NCBI GenBank assembly: GCA_964527395.1
Contig: CAZGQD010000001.1
Location: forward strand, 3,000 to 66,999
Source: an uncultured Methanosarcinales archaeon
GTDB lineage: Archaea > Nanobdellota > Nanobdellia > Woesearchaeales > GW2011-AR9
Length of the DNA: 64,000 nt
Direction: 5' to 3'
Each line of letters opens with the position of its first letter. The first letter of the stretch is position 1. The position numbers and the translations under genes are program-made. The notes beneath the pieces were generated by a model that did no database searches, had not been told where the DNA came from, and worked only from the letters and a program-made list of their open reading frames with translations. This document shows, piece after piece, positions 60,008 to 64,000 of this stretch.

Positions 60008-61567
60008 ATGTCAACAAGGGATGATGGAAGTGGTGCAAGTCCAGGGGATGAGGAGTATGATGGTATTCTTACAGGTGATATAAAAAAGATTAATTTTGGT
60101 AAAAGAAACCTTATTGAGAGGTTGTTTTTTTATGATGATATCAAAAATGTATATATGAGCAGTATTGAACTGAATAATTTTATTCTAACTCTTCAAAGAT
60201 TGCAAGATGTATTTAGAGAGATATTGAGGTTGTACCCTCTTTTTGAAGCTACAAAAGGTAAAACTTCAGCTAAAGGAATGAGTGAACGTTTTGGATATTT
60301 TAGTGCTTTAAAGAGTAATTTTGAGAAAGCTGAGTTTCTGATCAGGGAAGGAATGAGGTTTTTAAGTGTTAGGAAGACAAGTATAGGTACGATAAGGAGA
60401 GATAAGAAGGGTTTATCTGTTTCTTTTCATGATATTATGCGTTTTGCAGCAGATGAATATTCTGGTGCTTTTCCTGAGAAAAAAGTGATTAGTTATTTGT
60501 ATCATTCTGTTGCAAATATGAAAGAATTATTGGTGATCTTTAAAGCGAATGCAGGGAAAAAAGATCAAACACCGTTACTTTCGCATATTCGTGATCTGCT
60601 TATTCATGAAATGGGATATTTAGAGAAAATTGAAGATTATGTTACAAAGGCATCAGTTGAAGTTGCTGTAGTTCCAGGTTTACATCTTGAATTGGAAGAG
60701 ATAAGGGGTAAGAAGAAATTTGTTCAGGTGATAGAGCAATTTAGAGATATAGGGGTTGAGAGTGATGATTTTGAAGCAAAAAGACCTTTTATGAGTTTTA
60801 ATGTGCTTAGAAGTGGTAGAAGAGGTGTAATTTTCACTAAAGATATAAAATATCAGTTTATTGATCATGAAGAAGATGAAGAAATAGAGCTTAAAATCAG
60901 AAGAAAAGGGATTTTTGAATTGATTGGTCAAGGAGATCATGGAGAAAGAGAAGTTTCTGAGAGGAAGGGAAGATTAAATGAAGTGTCTGTTTTTATTGAT
61001 ATGCCAGAAGACATAGATAGAAGTGATATTTTAGTTAAGGCTTTTTCGTTGTATGATATTGATTATGAAGAGGATCATTTCTTTGATTATTCAGGCTATG
61101 TTTTTCATAAAGGAGGTAGAAGTTCTTTGCCAGTAACTGTATTAGGTAGGGTTGAGAAAGATAAGCATTTTATGATGAATTGGCGTAGTAATTTACTTAG
61201 TGATAGTTGGGACAATTTTCAAATAGTGGCTGTATGTGATTCAGATGATGAAAACAAAATTCATATGCATATGGTAGCCCACACGTCTGTAAATTTTAGA
61301 GCAGTTTTGACTCAAGGTGGGAAGTATAAAAACCAAATAAGTAATTCAACTCATACATATTTTCAAGGAAGAAGGGTGTCTTTAGCAGTTTTAGATAGGT
61401 TAGATGCTAGAAGCAAGAATCCGAGACTTGAAATACGTTCTAATGATGGCAGAAAAGTGAAGTATTTTGATATCAAATTTAAGTTTGGAGTTAGAAAAGA
61501 TAAACATAAAAAGAAGTTAGATAAGATAGCAGATGTGAAGTTAGTATTGTGGTGGGGAGTTAAGTAA
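60008..61567 (+). CDS. Hypothetical protein (519 aa), C-terminal domain paralogous to 56525..59911
   Basis: FRAVLTQGGKYKN...YFQGRRVSLAVLDRLD...DGRKVKYFDIKF aligns with FGVALKQGGRYVE...VYDGQKVQMVVLREID...DRRKLHFFNIDL. Confidence 0.55.
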   Translation: MSTRDDGSGASPGDEEYDGILTGDIKKINFGKRNLIERLFFYDDIKNVYMSSIELNNFILTLQRLQDVFREILRLYPLFEATKGKTSAKGMSERFGYFSALKSNFEKAEFLIREGMRFLSVRKTSIGTIRRDKKGLSVSFHDIMRFAADEYSGAFPEKKVISYLYHSVANMKELLVIFKANAGKKDQTPLLSHIRDLLIHEMGYLEKIEDYVTKASVEVAVVPGLHLELEEIRGKKKFVQVIEQFRDIGVESDDFEAKRPFMSFNVLRSGRRGVIFTKDIKYQFIDHEEDEEIELKIRRKGIFELIGQGDHGEREVSERKGRLNEVSVFIDMPEDIDRSDILVKAFSLYDIDYEEDHFFDYSGYVFHKGGRSSLPVTVLGRVEKDKHFMMNWRSNLLSDSWDNFQIVAVCDSDDENKIHMHMVAHTSVNFRAVLTQGGKYKNQISNSTHTYFQGRRVSLAVLDRLDARSKNPRLEIRSNDGRKVKYFDIKFKFGVRKDKHKKKLDKIADVKLVLWWGVK

Positions 61568-61713
61568 GGAGAGTTGTTGTTTGTTCTTAGTGTTGATAAT
61601 GTTATTTTTTTGTTATTTTCTATAAGTGTAATTAAATGTATAGTTTTCTTAGAAATAGTGTAGTTTTAAGGGATGGTTGTTATAAAATGAATAAAAGTTA
61701 AGAAAAAAAAGGA

Positions 61714-63243
61714 TTATTTGATGATCCAATGATCTTTTAGGAAGTTATGGATCCCTATTGTAGCGTGTAAAACTTCTTTTTCTTCAATTTCTATTGCTTT
61801 ATTTAGTCCTTTTGGTTCTGTTCCTTTGCCATTAAGGAATTCGTTTATTTCTGATAATATGTTTTCAAGTTGTGTTTTTGCATCACTTGCATCAAAAATT
61901 TGTTTATTTTTGCTATAGTAGTCTTGTATAAGGGAGATTTGTTTTAGGTCATTTTCATTAAATTTATTTTCTTCATTTTCTTTTCTATAGATTGGTTTAT
62001 TGTTTTTTATTCTATTGAAAATAGTTTCAATGGCTGTTTTGAATTTTCCATATTCTGCCATGAATTTTTTTTCATTTTTTCTTGCAGCTTCTATGTTTCT
62101 TTCTATTTTAATGAATCCATTAAGTAAATTATCCTCTAATGCTTGGAGATCTCTAATTTCTGATCCAGTTCTTTCTTGTTCGATGAATTCTTTTATAAGC
62201 TTTTTAACTTCTTTAGTTTGTCTTCTGTTGGTTTTTTTCCATCTGTTTTCTGCTCTAATTACGTCTTTTAGGTCTTTTTCTAGATCATTTGCTCGACTTT
62301 CTATGATTTTGAAATGTTCTTTTGTTATAATTTCTGAACTATCTCCTGTAATTAGAGTAGCTATTGAAGTTCTGAATTCTTCTGTAATGTCTTTTGTTGC
62401 TTGGAGTTCTTTTAAAACTGCTTTTTCATCATGAATTTCTTTTAATAGTAGGAACTTTTCACGTCTGGCATGTTGGAGTTTTCTTCCTTTTACAGTAAAT
62501 CCCCCTGTGTCAGAGTGTTGGATTCCTCTGTCTACAACTGTTGACAACCAACCTTTTCCTTGTTCAGATGGATCTACTCCAGTACTACTGAAGCCTTTGA
62601 ATAGTGCATGGATTAGTAAGAAGATGTTGATGATTAGGGCTGCACCTACTACAGTATTCACATTTTTAAATGCATCTTCTAAACCAGCAGGTCTAGGGGT
62701 GATATCTGCAATCATTCTAAGCATATCGTCTGATGCAGAGATCTCTCCATCACCTAGAGCTGCAGTCATAACACCAAGGACTATGATTACTAAGAATAAT
62801 ACAATTGCTCTTAAGAAATGTTGTTCTTTTAGAAAAACATATGCTGCTGCACCAGGTGCAACCAAAGCGACTAGAAGGATTAATGAGAAAGCTACTCCAA
62901 GGCCAACTGCCCAACCGAAAAGAATTTGAGTTGGAATAAAGAAAACTCCAATGATGGAAACTGTGGTAGCAATTACTATTGAAGAAGGACCTTTTAAGAA
63001 TGGGATTTTGCTAAGTAGTGCGTTAAAGACAAAAGCAAAGGTAAAGATTAGACAAAACCTAATTAATCCGTCTAAAGGAGATAGGTTTAGTTTTATACCA
63101 ACAGTTTCTAAGAATTTTAGGGTGATTAGACTTGTTGCCATTTCGCTTAAGGTAGCTGCAAAAGCTGTTGTTGATAACAGAGTTACAAAAGCTGCGATAA
63201 TAATTGAGTAAATTGTGATTTTTTTATAGTTCATTCCATCCAC
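61714..63243 (-). CDS. Polytopic membrane protein with long cytoplasmic coiled-coil C-terminal half
   Basis: Signal-like N-terminus plus about six hydrophobic helices, then K/E-rich helical sequence. Confidence 0.55.
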   Translation of the reverse strand: MDGMNYKKITIYSIIIAAFVTLLSTTAFAATLSEMATSLITLKFLETVGIKLNLSPLDGLIRFCLIFTFAFVFNALLSKIPFLKGPSSIVIATTVSIIGVFFIPTQILFGWAVGLGVAFSLILLVALVAPGAAAYVFLKEQHFLRAIVLFLVIIVLGVMTAALGDGEISASDDMLRMIADITPRPAGLEDAFKNVNTVVGAALIINIFLLIHALFKGFSSTGVDPSEQGKGWLSTVVDRGIQHSDTGGFTVKGRKLQHARREKFLLLKEIHDEKAVLKELQATKDITEEFRTSIATLITGDSSEIITKEHFKIIESRANDLEKDLKDVIRAENRWKKTNRRQTKEVKKLIKEFIEQERTGSEIRDLQALEDNLLNGFIKIERNIEAARKNEKKFMAEYGKFKTAIETIFNRIKNNKPIYRKENEENKFNENDLKQISLIQDYYSKNKQIFDASDAKTQLENILSEINEFLNGKGTEPKGLNKAIEIEEKEVLHATIGIHNFLKDHWIIK

Positions 63244-63391
63244 CTCTAAAAACCCTTAGGTTAAAGTATAATAGTTATACTTTAGGGATAGAATTTTTGC
63301 TTTTAAATGTTTCGAAGTTTGAATGTGTTTTTTCGAGTATTTATTGTATAAATTTAATAGAAAGAAAAAGGGATTAAAAAAGAAAAAATGT

Positions 63392-64000
63392 TTATTGTTC
63401 CAATAGTGCTTGTGTAGCAGCTTCAGCTTGAGTTGGTTGCGCCATTGTAGGTGCTTGGAAATTAGCTGCAGGAGATGCTGTTGAAGCAGGTTCAGATACA
63501 TAAGTACCGCCAGCGTTACCAACTTGAGTTCTTAGTGGTTGCTGTACTGCTTGCGCTTCTTGTCTTTCTCTAGCTGCATGATCTAATCCACTGAAAAAAT
63601 TGTGGTCAACATGTCCTACTGATCTACCTAATTCTGTTTCGTGTTTCTTATTAATAAGGTCTTTATGATGTTTAGTGTTGTGGTTGTTGTCAAAACTATA
63701 TGTTTCGTTAATATCACCACAGCTTTTTGCTAAGTCATAAGTGGTATTTTCTAAATAATCAGCACCATTTTTGTTTGCAAATTGGAGTTCTTGTGCGTTT
63801 GATCCAACTTGTCTACTAATAGTTCTTCTACGATCTCTTGCTCTATTATCAGCGATGTTTTCAACAAGGCCAGTAACTTCGATAGTTCCATTTGCCATTT
63901 CTTTTAAACCGTAGTTAAAATGGTTAGATTCTCTTGTTTCTCCTTCAATAGGATCTCCATTTGCGTTTTGGTAACCAAAATGTATAGATAATCTAAGTAA
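63392..64000 (-). CDS. Hypothetical protein, probably 5'-truncated by the window edge
   Basis: The frame stays open upstream of the ATG at 63898 to position 64000 (..IHFGYQNANGDPIEGETRESNHFNYGLKE-MANGT..). The C-terminus is Q/A/T-rich. Confidence 0.45.
   Translation of the reverse strand, partial: LLRLSIHFGYQNANGDPIEGETRESNHFNYGLKEMANGTIEVTGLVENIADNRARDRRRTISRQVGSNAQELQFANKNGADYLENTTYDLAKSCGDINETYSFDNNHNTKHHKDLINKKHETELGRSVGHVDHNFFSGLDHAARERQEAQAVQQPLRTQVGNAGGTYVSEPASTASPAANFQAPTMAQPTQAEAATQALLEQ

Overview
AT-rich (about one-third GC by eye) archaeal sequence. The archaeal assignment rests on EF-1alpha, uS2, uS10, eL33, RadB, an MBF1-like protein, TruD, a Dph2 fragment, and TATA boxes about 25-30 nt upstream of most start codons. 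The small gene set and many ORFans suggest a DPANN-like lineage, but that is inference. Recognisable content: asnB (partial), asnS, a cold-shock protein, truD, adk, a PAP2 phosphatase, a glycosylation cluster (GT-C, thioredoxin-like protein, processive GT2), radB, a five-gene secreted/surface operon, rps2-tuf-rps10, a retropepsin plus RimK pair, cobA plus class II RNR, an accessory island (RhuM, TrpF-like/PRTase fusion, metallophosphoesterase, Cas4-like nuclease, PIN, wHTH), a HerA-like ATPase, and an RHH/PemK pair. The last 14 kb holds only ORFans, which are membrane-anchored, coiled-coil or low-complexity and include two paralog pairs. No rRNA, tRNA or CRISPR array was recognised. The most unusual signal is a superfamily of hairpin-rich repeat elements. 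A 45-75 nt double or triple hairpin sits inside conserved coding genes, in frame in Dph2 and in the TrpF-like gene. One copy splits the TrpF-like gene with two stop codons yet keeps the frame. A roughly 105-nt core occurs four times, each with its own flanking helix and a covarying inner stem, and one copy has a perfect 16-bp TIR plus an 8-bp direct repeat. There are also two long composite copies. Other notable features are 60-bp tandem arrays upstream of promoters, nested direct repeats around the RhuM/TrpF island, and a recent roughly 0.67-kb duplication. All identities are by-eye estimates; no database search was possible.
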